Shown: positions 34,956 through 44,959, counted from the first letter of the stretch. The stretch: 64,000 bases of DNA from Patescibacteria group bacterium (GCA_042570545.1 JBHPGJ010000003.1:8214-72213); one strand, 5' to 3'. Made by a program: numbers and translations. The notes: generated by a model not told the origin, from the letters alone.

Positions 34956-36647
34956 CTAATTCTTTTTTGCTTTAGCAACTAACATTATCAATAGTACCAA
35001 TACCACCGCTACCAGCAAAGTTGTTAGCCATATTTTTGCACCTAGACCAAATTTAGTGCTGTCTTCCGTAGCTGTGGTAGCGGTAGTGGTGGCTGCAGGA
35101 ATATTTGTAGTAGTAACATTAAAATTAATTGCTTCACTTTGACTTATATTATCACCTTTGGTATCGATGATTTTTATCTGCACCTTATGTTCTCCCGGTT
35201 CTAATGGGCCAGGTAGGGTGTATGACCAGTCACCATCACCATTACTGAACGTGGTAGCAATCAATGTCTCCTGGCTAGCTATCGATAAAATTACAGTTGC
35301 ATTCGGTTGAGTTGTGCCACTGAATTTTATGGCTTCATCATCAGTAAATTGTAGCGTTGTTCCGGTTTTGGCGGTAATGACTTCCCCGGCTTCAATAAAT
35401 TCCATAATACTTACATTTCCCAGTACAGAGGTTAGGCCTGCCGTCGGGGCTTCAACTGGAATATTTTCTTGAAGCCAAGCAGACAAACGATCAATTGGCG
35501 TAGAGTGGTCAATATGAAACTGCATTTCCGTACAGCGGGGATAGCGGTTCCAGTATTGATTATAAGTAGTATAGACCTGTTCTAGGTACTGATCATCAGA
35601 ATTATTAGGGGTTAATTTAGATGATAATCTGATGGTATCATCACCGGCGGTGGTAGTAGATATTTTACAGCCAAATTTTTCAGTCAGAGCCTCACTGTTC
35701 AGCCACTCGACAAGTCGTTCAATTGGCGTAGAGTGGTCATAATGAAATTGCATTTCCGTACAACGAGGATATCGATTCCAAACACCATAATAAGCATTAT
35801 ATACCCGTTTAAAGTATGTATCGATATCACTACCAGTAGTAAACTCTTTATTAATTCGTATAGTATTTTCATCAGCGCCGGATATGCTAAAGGCACAGCC
35901 ATAAGCACTGGTTACTGCGTTATCTGCTATGGCTATCTGTCCTGAAGCCAGGGTAGTAAATGTTAATATATCAGAAGTAACATCAGCATCAGCATCAAGT
36001 ACGCCATATAATTCACGATAGCTGTCGGATACTGAAGCTGTGAACCTTATATAATATGTAGTCGAGGGATTTAGGGGTTCAATTTTTCGTACATGTACTA
36101 GGCCACCAGCCCCTGCGCGCCCACCTCCCAGGCTGTATACTTCGTTGGGTAATGTATCGGAAACAGTACCGTAGTTGTATTTAATTATTCCCTCTTTGGA
36201 TAAATTTACGTTAATAAAGGCTGACGTATCGGTTATGCCATCTATCTCAATATTATCTACGGCGATACCACGTTTGGTTGTGCTAAATGTATTTTCACCT
36301 GACACGGTTTGATTATCAGCCCCGTCTATCGCAGTTACTTGATAATAATAAGCAGTATCATATTCAAGACCGGTCAACACCGCCACCACCCGGTTGCTTC
36401 CCTGCACATTACCGGTAATGGTTTCAGTGTAATTTCCTAGTGAAGTACCATATTTTATATTGCCGGTTATTGGCTCGGTTGACCGCCAATCGATAGAATA
36501 ACTAACCTTTTCAGCTTCTTGATTAAGATGGGCGCTTATATATATGATTGGTGGCGCATCGGGATCTTGGGCATCAACCGTACTATGTAAAAAAAGAAAC
36601 CCCATTAATAAAACTACCATATATATTAAGGTTGATAACTTTTTCAT
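34956..36647 (-). CDS. Cell-surface protein: FN3-like domains, duplicated 76-aa repeat, Ig-like domain, C-terminal TM anchor
   Basis: LTGLEYDTAYYYQVTA and LNPSTTYYIR (FN3); two WNRYPRCTEMQFH repeats; FSGTTQPNATV...GDWSYT...LEPGEH (bacterial Ig). Confidence 0.85.
   Translation of the reverse strand: MKKLSTLIYMVVLLMGFLFLHSTVDAQDPDAPPIIYISAHLNQEAEKVSYSIDWRSTEPITGNIKYGTSLGNYTETITGNVQGSNRVVAVLTGLEYDTAYYYQVTAIDGADNQTVSGENTFSTTKRGIAVDNIEIDGITDTSAFINVNLSKEGIIKYNYGTVSDTLPNEVYSLGGGRAGAGGLVHVRKIEPLNPSTTYYIRFTASVSDSYRELYGVLDADADVTSDILTFTTLASGQIAIADNAVTSAYGCAFSISGADENTIRINKEFTTGSDIDTYFKRVYNAYYGVWNRYPRCTEMQFHYDHSTPIERLVEWLNSEALTEKFGCKISTTTAGDDTIRLSSKLTPNNSDDQYLEQVYTTYNQYWNRYPRCTEMQFHIDHSTPIDRLSAWLQENIPVEAPTAGLTSVLGNVSIMEFIEAGEVITAKTGTTLQFTDDEAIKFSGTTQPNATVILSIASQETLIATTFSNGDGDWSYTLPGPLEPGEHKVQIKIIDTKGDNISQSEAINFNVTTTNIPAATTTATTATEDSTKFGLGAKIWLTTLLVAVVLVLLIMLVAKAKKN
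35491..35768. repeat. Intragenic direct repeat (228-bp period)
   Basis: TCAATTGGCGTAGAGTGGTCA...ATGAAA.TGCATTTCCGTACA at 35491 and 35719. Confidence 0.9.
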
Positions 36648-36707
36648 ATATATAAATTAATATTCAGATAATATTATACTAACAAAAAGTACCATATATT
36701 TATATAG

Positions 36708-36783
36708 TGGTAGGCGCAGAGGGTCTCGAACCCCCGACACCCTGCTTAAAAGGCAGGTGCTCTACCAACTGAGCTATGCGCCC
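36708..36783 (-). tRNA. tRNA-Lys(TTT)
   Basis: GGGCGCATAGCTCAGTTGGTAGAGCA-CCTGC-CTTTTAA-GCAGG...GGTTCGAGACC...CCA. Confidence 0.96.
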
Positions 36784-36855
36784 ACACAAACCACCTGCCA
36801 CAGAATAACAAAATATGGTTGAAATGACAAGATTATTTAAAAACAGTCTTCCCGT

Positions 36856-36864
36856 TGTGGATAA
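36856..36864. promoter_or_regulatory. Perfect DnaA box upstream of dnaB
   Basis: TGTGGATAA, the reverse complement of TTATCCACA. Confidence 0.65.
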
Positions 36865-36895
36865 CAGCAGTGGATTTATTGTGCAATTTAGAGGG

Positions 36896-36924
36896 TTGCT
36901 TAAGGCAAGTTAAAGGGTTAGAAT
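36896..36924 (+). promoter_or_regulatory. Putative sigma70 promoter of dnaB
   Basis: TTGCTT, 17 bp spacer, TAGAAT. Confidence 0.6.
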
Positions 36925-36951
36925 ACGTAGGCCTAACCTACAAAATAATAT

Positions 36952-38328
36952 ATGGCTAAGACAAAAACAGTAAATATTAAGGAAGAAAGGTTACCACCAC
37001 AGAATATTGAAGCTGAACAATCAGTTTTGGGTTCCCTTCTGATCGATCAAGAATCAATCGTAAAAGTGGCCGATATTATTCGTCCGGACGATTTCTACAA
37101 AGAGGTTCATCGCGATATCATGGAATCGATGATCGATATTTATGAAAGACGAGAACCAATCGATGTTCTGTCGTTGTCCAATCGATTGAAAGAAAAAAAT
37201 AAATTAAAGGACATCGGTGGTCGTGGATATCTAGCCGAACTGGCTAATCGCGTTCCGACAGCCAGTAATATAGTGCACTACGCCATGATCGTACAGCGCA
37301 AGTCTACTTTGAGGCGCTTACTATCAGCCGCAACGGATATCGTAAGTTTGGGCTATAGCGAGGTTGATGATGTGGAGAAGGTGCTAGATCAAGCCGAGCA
37401 ATCATTGTTTGATGTATCACAAAGGTACTTACGGCAAAATTTCGTGCCAATAAAAAGCGTATTATCTGAAGCTTTTGATCGTATTGATGAATTGCACCGA
37501 GAGAGCGGAAAACTAAGAGGTGCCCCGACCGGTTTTGCCGACATTGATTCGATCTTAGCCGGTTTACAAAAATCCGATCTGATCGTAATCGCTGCCCGTC
37601 CATCGGTAGGTAAAACCACCCTAGCCCTGGACATGGCACGCCATGTCGCCGTTGAAAGTAAGCTGCCGGTAGGCATTTTCAGTTTGGAAATGTCCAAAGA
37701 ACAATTGATTGATCGTTTATTATGTACGCAAGCTAATGTTGAGCTATGGAAAATGAGGACTGGCCGTTTAACGGACGAAGAAGAATTCTCTCGCATCGGC
37801 CATGCTATGGGCATATTATCCGAAGCACCAATTTTTATTGATGATTCTGCTATCACCTCGGTAATGGAAATGCGCACCAAGGCTCGTCGTCTTCAATCTG
37901 AACACGGATTGGGTTTAATGATTGTTGACTATCTACAGCTGATGGAAGGCCGATCGACTACCGAAAACCGAGTTCAACAAGTAGCCGAAATCACTCGAGC
38001 GCTTAAGGGTATTGCCAAAGAACTAAACGTACCAGTACTGGCTTTATCACAATTGTCCCGATCAACCGAAGCCCGAACACCGCCCATCCCTAAGTTGGCT
38101 GATTTACGAGAATCAGGTTCGATTGAGCAAGATGCTGACGTGGTACTATTTATCTATCGTGAAGCTATGTATAATAAAGATGTCGAAAGACCAAACGTAG
38201 CCGAAATTCACATAGCTAAACACCGTAATGGTCCTACCGGTAAAGTTGAATTATATTTTGATGAAAATCGAGTTAGCTTCCGTGATTTAGAACGAGAACA
38301 AGAACCAGAACCAGTAACCCCATTTTAA
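36952..38328 (+). CDS. dnaB: Replicative DNA helicase
   Basis: PPQNIEAEQSVLG, AARPSVGKT, VDYLQL, LSQLSR, DLRESGSIEQDAD and KHRNGPTG motifs. Confidence 0.98.
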   Translation: MAKTKTVNIKEERLPPQNIEAEQSVLGSLLIDQESIVKVADIIRPDDFYKEVHRDIMESMIDIYERREPIDVLSLSNRLKEKNKLKDIGGRGYLAELANRVPTASNIVHYAMIVQRKSTLRRLLSAATDIVSLGYSEVDDVEKVLDQAEQSLFDVSQRYLRQNFVPIKSVLSEAFDRIDELHRESGKLRGAPTGFADIDSILAGLQKSDLIVIAARPSVGKTTLALDMARHVAVESKLPVGIFSLEMSKEQLIDRLLCTQANVELWKMRTGRLTDEEEFSRIGHAMGILSEAPIFIDDSAITSVMEMRTKARRLQSEHGLGLMIVDYLQLMEGRSTTENRVQQVAEITRALKGIAKELNVPVLALSQLSRSTEARTPPIPKLADLRESGSIEQDADVVLFIYREAMYNKDVERPNVAEIHIAKHRNGPTGKVELYFDENRVSFRDLEREQEPEPVTPF

Positions 38329-38332
38329 TAAT

Positions 38333-38632
38333 ATGTTTGATAAACTAAAACAACTAAAAGAGCTAAGGGACCAGGCCAAGGATCTAAAAAGTAAACTGGC
38401 CGAGATTACTGTCTCAGCCCAAGCTGAAGATGATAAGATCACCGTGGTAATGAACGGCAATCAGGAGATCGTGTCTGTTGATATTGATGCTTCTTTACTA
38501 ATACCTGATCAGAAAGAAAAGGTACAAAAGGGACTTATTGAAGCAATCAATCAGGCAAGCAAAAAGGCCAAGTCAGAAATGGCTAAGCAGTTTCAGCAGG
38601 GTAATTTCCAAATGCCAAATTTCGGGTCTTAA
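38333..38632 (+). CDS. ybaB: YbaB/EbfC nucleoid-associated protein
   Basis: ITVVMNGNQEIVSVDID...LIEAINQA; adjacent to recR. Confidence 0.88.
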   Translation: MFDKLKQLKELRDQAKDLKSKLAEITVSAQAEDDKITVVMNGNQEIVSVDIDASLLIPDQKEKVQKGLIEAINQASKKAKSEMAKQFQQGNFQMPNFGS

Positions 38633-39235
38633 ATGAAAGAAGCAAAACCGGCGATCATAGCTGATTTAATTGAACGCTTTAGTCAATTGCCCGGTGTCGG
38701 CCGAAAAACGGCTGAGCGCTATGTTTATTACCTCATAAATCAGACTCCGGAGGTTATAAGAGAGTTAGCTGATAAAATTGCTGACTTACCAAAAAGCATC
38801 ACTAAATGTGAATCGTGTAATCGGATTGCTGAAGATAGTCCCTGCAATATCTGCCATGACAGTCAGCGAGATAAATCTATAATCTGCGTGGTGGCCGAAT
38901 CTCAGGACCTAGCACCGATTGAGAGCTCAAAGCATTACCGGGGTCAATATCATGTCTTGGGGGGTGTTTTAAATCCGCTTGAGGGCATCACTCCCGATAA
39001 ATTAACTATCAAAGCTCTTTTACAGCGATTAGAAAAAAACGGTGTAAAAGAGATAATATTAGCTTTAAATCCTGACATTGAAGGCGAATCAACGGCCTTA
39101 CAACTGGCGAAAACATTAAAAAACAAACCAGTTAAAGTAACTCGCTTAGCTCGTGGACTGCCGATGGGTTCTGATTTGGCTTACGCCGATGAAGTAACTC
39201 TATCGAATGCCATCAAAGGGCGGCAAGAAGTGTAA
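38633..39235 (+). CDS. recR: Recombination mediator RecR
   Basis: LPGVGRKTAER, CxxC..CxxC, ALNPDIEGEST and TRLARGLPMG motifs. Confidence 0.97.
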   Translation: MKEAKPAIIADLIERFSQLPGVGRKTAERYVYYLINQTPEVIRELADKIADLPKSITKCESCNRIAEDSPCNICHDSQRDKSIICVVAESQDLAPIESSKHYRGQYHVLGGVLNPLEGITPDKLTIKALLQRLEKNGVKEIILALNPDIEGESTALQLAKTLKNKPVKVTRLARGLPMGSDLAYADEVTLSNAIKGRQEV

Positions 39236-39250
39236 GACCTTCCACTGTAA

Positions 39251-39565
39251 TTACTTCTTAGTAATGGCTGTAATTTTTACTTTGCTTAGTTTTTGCCGAT
39301 GCCCCTGCTTGCGTCGATAACGAGTTTTATTCTTATATTTCCTGACTATTACTTTTTTGGCCTTAGTTTGCTGTTCCAACTTTCCGGTTACTTTGGCGCC
39401 TGTAATATTGGGCTGACCAATAGTAACGTTATCTTTATCAGAAATAAGCAACACTTTATTAAACACTACCTCGGCGCCTTCCTTCTTGGGTAGTTTTTCA
39501 ACAGCCAAAACTTGTCCCTTTTCCACTTTATATTGTTTTCCGCCAGTTTTAATTATGGCAAACAT
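39251..39565 (-). CDS. rplU: 50S ribosomal protein L21
   Basis: MFAIIKTGGKQYKV...GHRQ. Confidence 0.97.
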   Translation of the reverse strand: MFAIIKTGGKQYKVEKGQVLAVEKLPKKEGAEVVFNKVLLISDKDNVTIGQPNITGAKVTGKLEQQTKAKKVIVRKYKNKTRYRRKQGHRQKLSKVKITAITKK

Positions 39566-39604
39566 AAAATTTAATCACTAAGTTTATTGATGAGTAGTAT
39601 AGAG

Positions 39605-40105
39605 TCAGTTGGTAAACTTGTCAATATTATCTATATTCACCAGTTGATCAATTTCCATCGCGTTTTGTGTGGCTGTGCCTCCAATAAATTCCAAGACCAT
39701 TTTAGCCTCACTGACTGGATAATAAGTAACTGGATTTTCCTCTTCCGTTGGCCTAGCCTCTTTCTTAATATCAACTATTCTGTTGTTTTCAATCCAGATT
39801 ATATCAAGGGGAACATTAGTATCTTTCATCCAGAAACCCCAATTCTTGCTTTCGGAGAAGATAAACAGCATGCCGGTATTATTTCGTAGTGAATCACGTC
39901 CGGACAACCCCTTGGCCCGTTGTGAATCAGTATTAGCTACTTCAACATCATAAGTTAAATCATTGATTGTCACCTGAGTAGTACGGCCAATTACTTGATG
40001 GTAGCGAAAAGTTATTTGGGACATCAAATTATCGCCGCCCATGACAAAGGCTATCGGCGCTAAAAATATTATCAATATTATCACTAATATCAGTCCGCGG
40101 TTCAT
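39605..40105 (-). CDS. DUF192 domain protein
   Basis: VEVANT..QRAKGLSGR...GMLFIF...FWMKDTNVPLDIIWI. Confidence 0.92.
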   Translation of the reverse strand: MNRGLILVIILIIFLAPIAFVMGGDNLMSQITFRYHQVIGRTTQVTINDLTYDVEVANTDSQRAKGLSGRDSLRNNTGMLFIFSESKNWGFWMKDTNVPLDIIWIENNRIVDIKKEARPTEEENPVTYYPVSEAKMVLEFIGGTATQNAMEIDQLVNIDNIDKFTN

Positions 40106-40147
40106 CAGTTAAAGTGTAACTGATTATTCATATCCCGACCAGTATCC

Positions 40148-40175
40148 AAAAGCCCCCCGTTTTAGCGGAGGGCTT
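40148..40175 (-). terminator. Intrinsic terminator
   Basis: Minus strand AAGCCCTCCG-CTAAAA-CGGGGGGCTTTT. Confidence 0.75.
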
Positions 40176-40189
40176 AATTTCAACAATAC

Positions 40190-42562
40190 TTAGTTAGACT
40201 TTTTTCGTCGAAAGGCTAACTTTTTTGGTCTGACAAGCACAATTCCTACTGCCACCAACAGCAGTCCACTGACAAACATCAGATAATCTTTAAACTGGAT
40301 TCCCGTGTCAGCCAGCGCACCCAATACTTCAGGTACGCGAATTTCCAATGAAGCTGTGTCTTGTACTTCATCGTGATTATCGGCCCAGGTGACAGCAATA
40401 TTGTCATAGGTGCCAGCTGTCTGATTACTTTTGATAGTTACCTCATAATTCGTTTCCGTACTCTTTCCCGGCTGTAGGTCACCCAGCTCCCATTCTTGCG
40501 TATCCTTACCATCACTATAAGTAAAACCAGCCGGTAGTGTATCCATCAACATGGTGTTCAGGGCAGCCCCTTCGCCTACGTTGGCTACGGTAATGGTATA
40601 CTGTACCGTATCTCCGGGATTAGCAAATTCTTGGCCAACTTCCTTAACTATTTCTAGCACTGGTTCAGTTACCTCACCTAATACTTGTGGCACATTTACC
40701 ACCACTAGGGCATTATCGGAAGCAATTTTCTGCTTTACTATTGTCAAGGTTGGCTGGGCAGCCGTAACAGAGAAATTAGCCGGAACTAATGTCTTTTCTT
40801 CAACCACTCCTTCTTCACCATAAACGGTACCGAATATTGTGACTTCATTTAGCAGCTCATCACCATCCTGAACTTCCTCAGATACGGTTACCGTTATTGT
40901 TTCTGAACCAGTAACTACTGGGGTATGCGGTCCGATATATGTCCAGGTTACAGTATGCTTTTGGGCATCATAGGTTGCTGTTCCGGTGGCGCCAGCGAAA
41001 GCGACTTCGGCTGGTAAAGTATCTACTACTACAACTTCATCAACATTCATAACACCAGTTAATTCCCAATCAATGGTATAAGTCACCGTATCGTCTGGCT
41101 CAACCTCGGTCGAATCAGCTGATTTGGTGATATTAACATCGAAGTCTGGCTGGTTACCAAAGTTACACATTTGACGTGGTACAAATTCACGACTAATTGT
41201 TGCTACTTGAGGTGATAAACAGGTGCTTTCACCTTCTGGCAATATTATGGTGTGACAGTTGTTATTCGCCGGGTGTGTTTGTTTATAGCTATCTTGCTGT
41301 ACTTCACATATATCATATGTACCAGCTGGTAAATTGAACTGGTAATTTCCATTCACATCTGTTTGGGTACTAGCCACTAACGAAGTTTCTTGTCGAGCTT
41401 CAATTGTCCAATTTTCAAGTTTTGGTTCACAGTCTGGTTCTATAACTTCGTCAACATTAATAGATGTAGATTCACAATCTCTTTCACCATTGCCATTAAT
41501 ATCGTGCCACTTATACCCATGAACCGGATAGGTTTCTTGAACATTCCATGAGACACAATAATATGCTTCGTCTGCATTTGGTCTGCTTATCCATTCAAGG
41601 TTGTCATAATTTTTTACGTCATTATTACAGTAGAATTCAGCCGTATAATGATTGCTATTACTTGTGCCAGTGAAAGGAATATATCCGTCCTGCCATACTT
41701 CTCTAAACCAGAAAGTTTCAGTTTGATCATTCTCAATTTGATCGAGGTCAAGTTCAACCATGGTCATTCCGTTGCTATCGGTTGGGCCAAATGTACTCCA
41801 GAGACCACTTGCTTCACCCGTATTATCACCAGGGTTATAATCAGGATGACTAGTAGATACGTTTATGCGCCACTGGAAGTCCCAGCCAGCTGCGAATTCA
41901 CAACTATCGTGTCCATCCACCCAAACTTGAGCAGTATTTGCGTCGATTATAAAAGATCCGCCCTTGTGGCGATCAGGCAGTTCAGATTCATCAGTACAAA
42001 CTATTTTGTGTGCCACTATTGTTACTGGACCAAGTGGTTCCTCAATAATTTCAACAATGCTTCTGGTCTCGCATGAGTAACCTTTTCCATAAAGTGACTC
42101 CAGAATTGCAAAATCAACATCATCCACTATCCCATTACCATCAAAATCGCCACTTAAATCACTGCCGGCCTGTGCGATGCTAAACATTGACAGATCGATC
42201 AGATCCACCACCCCGTCGCCATTCATGTCCGGACAAGCAGGTACTTGATCAAAGCTATTATACCAATCGGCACATGAAAAACTGGCTGATGGATACACGC
42301 TCTCAAACATTGCAAAATCAATATCATCGACCGTGCCACTGCCGTCAAAATCACCCGACGGATGGTTATCGTTGTGTGCGATACCAAACATCGAGAAATC
42401 TACCAAATCAATTACCCCATCAGAATTCATGTCCGGACAAGGTAGCACCCCCGATTCGGCTACAGCCGGTCTTATCATTGTCCCAATTAGAGACATATTA
42501 ATTACCGTGATTGCCATGATAAAAACATGGAATCCCCGGCTAAATGTATGTTTGTTAAACAT
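40190..42562 (-). CDS. Cell-surface protein: dockerin-like Ca-binding repeats, SdrD-B-like and DUF11 domains, LPXTG-like sorting signal
   Basis: Two CPDMN.DG.IDL.D...GDFDG.G.VDD.DF repeats; GYKWHDINGNG; PGDTVQYTITVANVG; LADTG followed by a TM and RRKK tail. Confidence 0.85.
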   Translation of the reverse strand: MFNKHTFSRGFHVFIMAITVINMSLIGTMIRPAVAESGVLPCPDMNSDGVIDLVDFSMFGIAHNDNHPSGDFDGSGTVDDIDFAMFESVYPSASFSCADWYNSFDQVPACPDMNGDGVVDLIDLSMFSIAQAGSDLSGDFDGNGIVDDVDFAILESLYGKGYSCETRSIVEIIEEPLGPVTIVAHKIVCTDESELPDRHKGGSFIIDANTAQVWVDGHDSCEFAAGWDFQWRINVSTSHPDYNPGDNTGEASGLWSTFGPTDSNGMTMVELDLDQIENDQTETFWFREVWQDGYIPFTGTSNSNHYTAEFYCNNDVKNYDNLEWISRPNADEAYYCVSWNVQETYPVHGYKWHDINGNGERDCESTSINVDEVIEPDCEPKLENWTIEARQETSLVASTQTDVNGNYQFNLPAGTYDICEVQQDSYKQTHPANNNCHTIILPEGESTCLSPQVATISREFVPRQMCNFGNQPDFDVNITKSADSTEVEPDDTVTYTIDWELTGVMNVDEVVVVDTLPAEVAFAGATGTATYDAQKHTVTWTYIGPHTPVVTGSETITVTVSEEVQDGDELLNEVTIFGTVYGEEGVVEEKTLVPANFSVTAAQPTLTIVKQKIASDNALVVVNVPQVLGEVTEPVLEIVKEVGQEFANPGDTVQYTITVANVGEGAALNTMLMDTLPAGFTYSDGKDTQEWELGDLQPGKSTETNYEVTIKSNQTAGTYDNIAVTWADNHDEVQDTASLEIRVPEVLGALADTGIQFKDYLMFVSGLLLVAVGIVLVRPKKLAFRRKKSN

Positions 42563-42692
42563 AGTAAAAAATTCCCTTCTAATTATAGTTAAGTGAATTA
42601 TCCAATTTTATTCTCATTTAAAGATTTTTGCCTTTTGGGCATCAGCTTTAGTTAATAAAACTTAAATTATTATTAAATGCTTGTCAAGTTAA

Positions 42693-43808
42693 TTAGTATT
42701 GGTTGAGTTTGGGATGTTTTATCCTATATACAAATACTAAACTAGCACCCAAAATGACCATAATAAAAGCCAACAATCCAAGGGTCCAATATTTGTTCAC
42801 TCCGGTCAGAAATAGCCCGGCCAGACCAAAAACAGATGATAGAAACAATAAAAATGTAACTGATTTGCGGTGAGACAAACCAACGTCTAATAAACGGAAA
42901 TGTAGGTGTTTTTTATCTCCTTTAAACGGTGAACGTCTTTCAATGATAACTCTTCTGATAATTACCCACACCACATCCAATATCGGTATTCCCATAACTA
43001 ACAAAGCAGTTGCTATTTTGCTGCCCGCGATGATAGACAATATGCCCAGCATAAATCCAATAAATACGCTTCCCCCTTCACCCAGAAAGATCTTGGCCGG
43101 GTGCCAGTTAAAAAATAAAAAACCCAGACAAGCACCAAGCAGAATAGCTGACAGCAGGGCCGTGCCGGGCTGTATAACGTCTGACCGTAATGAGATAATG
43201 AATATTACTAACGATCCAATGGCGCCCAGACCGGCGGTCAGACCATCAAGTCCATCTAGGAACTTAGTAGTATACATCATACCTAATAACCAGAAGAGAG
43301 CAAAAATATCGGCCCACAGAGTAACTTGAAATATGGTCTGGCCAATAGTTAAAACATCAATATTAAATTGATCTAAATTTATCACCCCGCCAAAGGGATT
43401 GGATATAAAATCAATGCCGATGCCGGCAGCGACAATCGCCAAACTAGCCAACAGTGGCCAAATAATCTGTTTGGCAGCTTTTAAATGATAGCGGTCATCA
43501 AGCCAGCCACCGATCATTAATAAGCCACCGCCAATAATGATGCCGACTATATATTTCCAAGGCATGCCATCCCCTATTAACCGGTTAGAGAAAAAGGCTA
43601 CGGCCAGCATGCTAATCACCACGCTTAAATAAACTGCCAAGCCGCCTAACAGTGGACGTGGGATTTGATGTATTTTTCTTTCTGGTGCTGATTCAGGATA
43701 ATCTATTGTCCCCCAGCGAAAGGCTAATCTCTTTACTACAAGCGTAGCCACTACAGTCAAAGCCAGACTGATGATAAAAGCTATAATATACCAGGAATAT
43801 TTATCCAT
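42693..43808 (-). CDS. Polyprenyl-phosphate GlcNAc-1-phosphate transferase (WecA/TagO, MraY family)
   Basis: RKIH..P.PLLGG, WLDD, FLDGLDGL, NWHPAKIFLGEGG and DKKHLHFRL motifs. Confidence 0.93.
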   Translation of the reverse strand: MDKYSWYIIAFIISLALTVVATLVVKRLAFRWGTIDYPESAPERKIHQIPRPLLGGLAVYLSVVISMLAVAFFSNRLIGDGMPWKYIVGIIIGGGLLMIGGWLDDRYHLKAAKQIIWPLLASLAIVAAGIGIDFISNPFGGVINLDQFNIDVLTIGQTIFQVTLWADIFALFWLLGMMYTTKFLDGLDGLTAGLGAIGSLVIFIISLRSDVIQPGTALLSAILLGACLGFLFFNWHPAKIFLGEGGSVFIGFMLGILSIIAGSKIATALLVMGIPILDVVWVIIRRVIIERRSPFKGDKKHLHFRLLDVGLSHRKSVTFLLFLSSVFGLAGLFLTGVNKYWTLGLLAFIMVILGASLVFVYRIKHPKLNQY

Positions 43809-44205
43809 TTATTCGTCGAAAATCAATATAATCATCCAGAAGGATTTTAGCCGCTTGGGAATCAATATTTTCTTTAGATTTATCTGGGGTTATTTTTCTA
43901 GCCGCTACGGTGGATAATCTTTCATCCCAAAATTCAATTGGCACATCGATTTGCAGGGCCAGCAGTTTGGTAAAATCTTTTACTCTAATCGTTTGTTCGG
44001 TCTCCTGGCCATTCAGACCTATCGGCAAGCCAATTACTATCAACTCGGCTTTTTCTTCTTTGACTAGTTTTATCAAAGCTTGAATAGAGTCATTATCATC
44101 TTTGACATTTATAACCGGCCGAACAAAAGCTTGCTGTTTACTTTCATCAGTAGCGGCCACGCCGAGTCGTTTTTCTCCATAATCAATTGCAATGTATCGG
44201 CTCAT
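43801..44205 (-). CDS. ruvX: YqgF/RuvX RNase H-fold nuclease
   Basis: IDYGEKRLGVA, IVIGLP, WDERLST and IDSQAA motifs. Confidence 0.92.
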   Translation of the reverse strand: MSRYIAIDYGEKRLGVAATDESKQQAFVRPVINVKDDNDSIQALIKLVKEEKAELIVIGLPIGLNGQETEQTIRVKDFTKLLALQIDVPIEFWDERLSTVAARKITPDKSKENIDSQAAKILLDDYIDFRRING

Positions 44206-44206
44206 A

Positions 44207-44959
44207 TTATTTCGTTAATATTTGTGGTCCTTTAGAAGTTATTGCCACTGTACGCTCAATATGAGCAGCTAATTTATGATCAGTGGTTTCTACGGTCCAG
44301 CCATCAGAGTGGGTAAATACACGCCAGTTGCCTTCAGTTATCATTGGTTCGATAGCTATGACCATGCCGGTTTTTAATTTAGGACTTGGGCCGCTTGATA
44401 TAAAGTTGGGCACAGACGGCTCTTCGTGTAAATTACGACCAATGCCGTGCCCCACCAATTGGCGGACTACACCAAAACCCGCTTCCTCGACTTTTTGCTG
44501 AACAGCTCGACTTATATCCCTTACTTCGTTACCAGCGACAGCTTTAGTAATACCAGCTTCTAAACCAGCCCGAGTAATATCTATTAACTTATGTCCAACA
44601 TCATTATCAGTCTGGCCCTTGATGAATGATTCAGCCATATCCAAATAAAATCCTTGATAGCCTATGCCAATATCTAAACTTATTAAATGACCATCTTCTA
44701 TGGTTTTTTTCTCGGCGGGAATGCCGTGCACCACCTCGCTGTCAACGGATATACAAACGGACGCCGGATAATTACGATAACCTTTAAAGGCCGGCTTAAC
44801 TTGAACATCGGCCATATACTCTTCGGCCTTTTCGTTGATATCAGACATCTGTTTCATCCCATTTTTTATATCGGCAATTAATTGCTTCATAATCTTAGCC
44901 AAAATCTGGCCACCTTGTGACATAGTATCGATTTCCAACTCCGTCCTAATCGGAATCAT
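44207..44959 (-). CDS. map: Methionine aminopeptidase type I
   Basis: EVVHGIP, GHGIGRNLHEEP, AIEPM and AAHIERT motifs. Confidence 0.96.
   Translation of the reverse strand: MIPIRTELEIDTMSQGGQILAKIMKQLIADIKNGMKQMSDINEKAEEYMADVQVKPAFKGYRNYPASVCISVDSEVVHGIPAEKKTIEDGHLISLDIGIGYQGFYLDMAESFIKGQTDNDVGHKLIDITRAGLEAGITKAVAGNEVRDISRAVQQKVEEAGFGVVRQLVGHGIGRNLHEEPSVPNFISSGPSPKLKTGMVIAIEPMITEGNWRVFTHSDGWTVETTDHKLAAHIERTVAITSKGPQILTK

Noticed and set aside
35491-35768. Direct repeats as a CRISPR array or DGR template/variable repeat
   Set aside because: There are only two in-frame copies within one CDS, the differences are not adenine-specific, and there is no RT or cas gene.
22387-36783. tRNA-Glu or tRNA-Lys as prophage/island attachment sites
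   Set aside because: No integrase and no duplicated tRNA 3' end were seen in the window.
36784-36951. Replication origin
   Set aside because: Only one perfect DnaA box in a short spacer, no dnaA/dnaN nearby, and gene orientation stays mostly minus on both sides.
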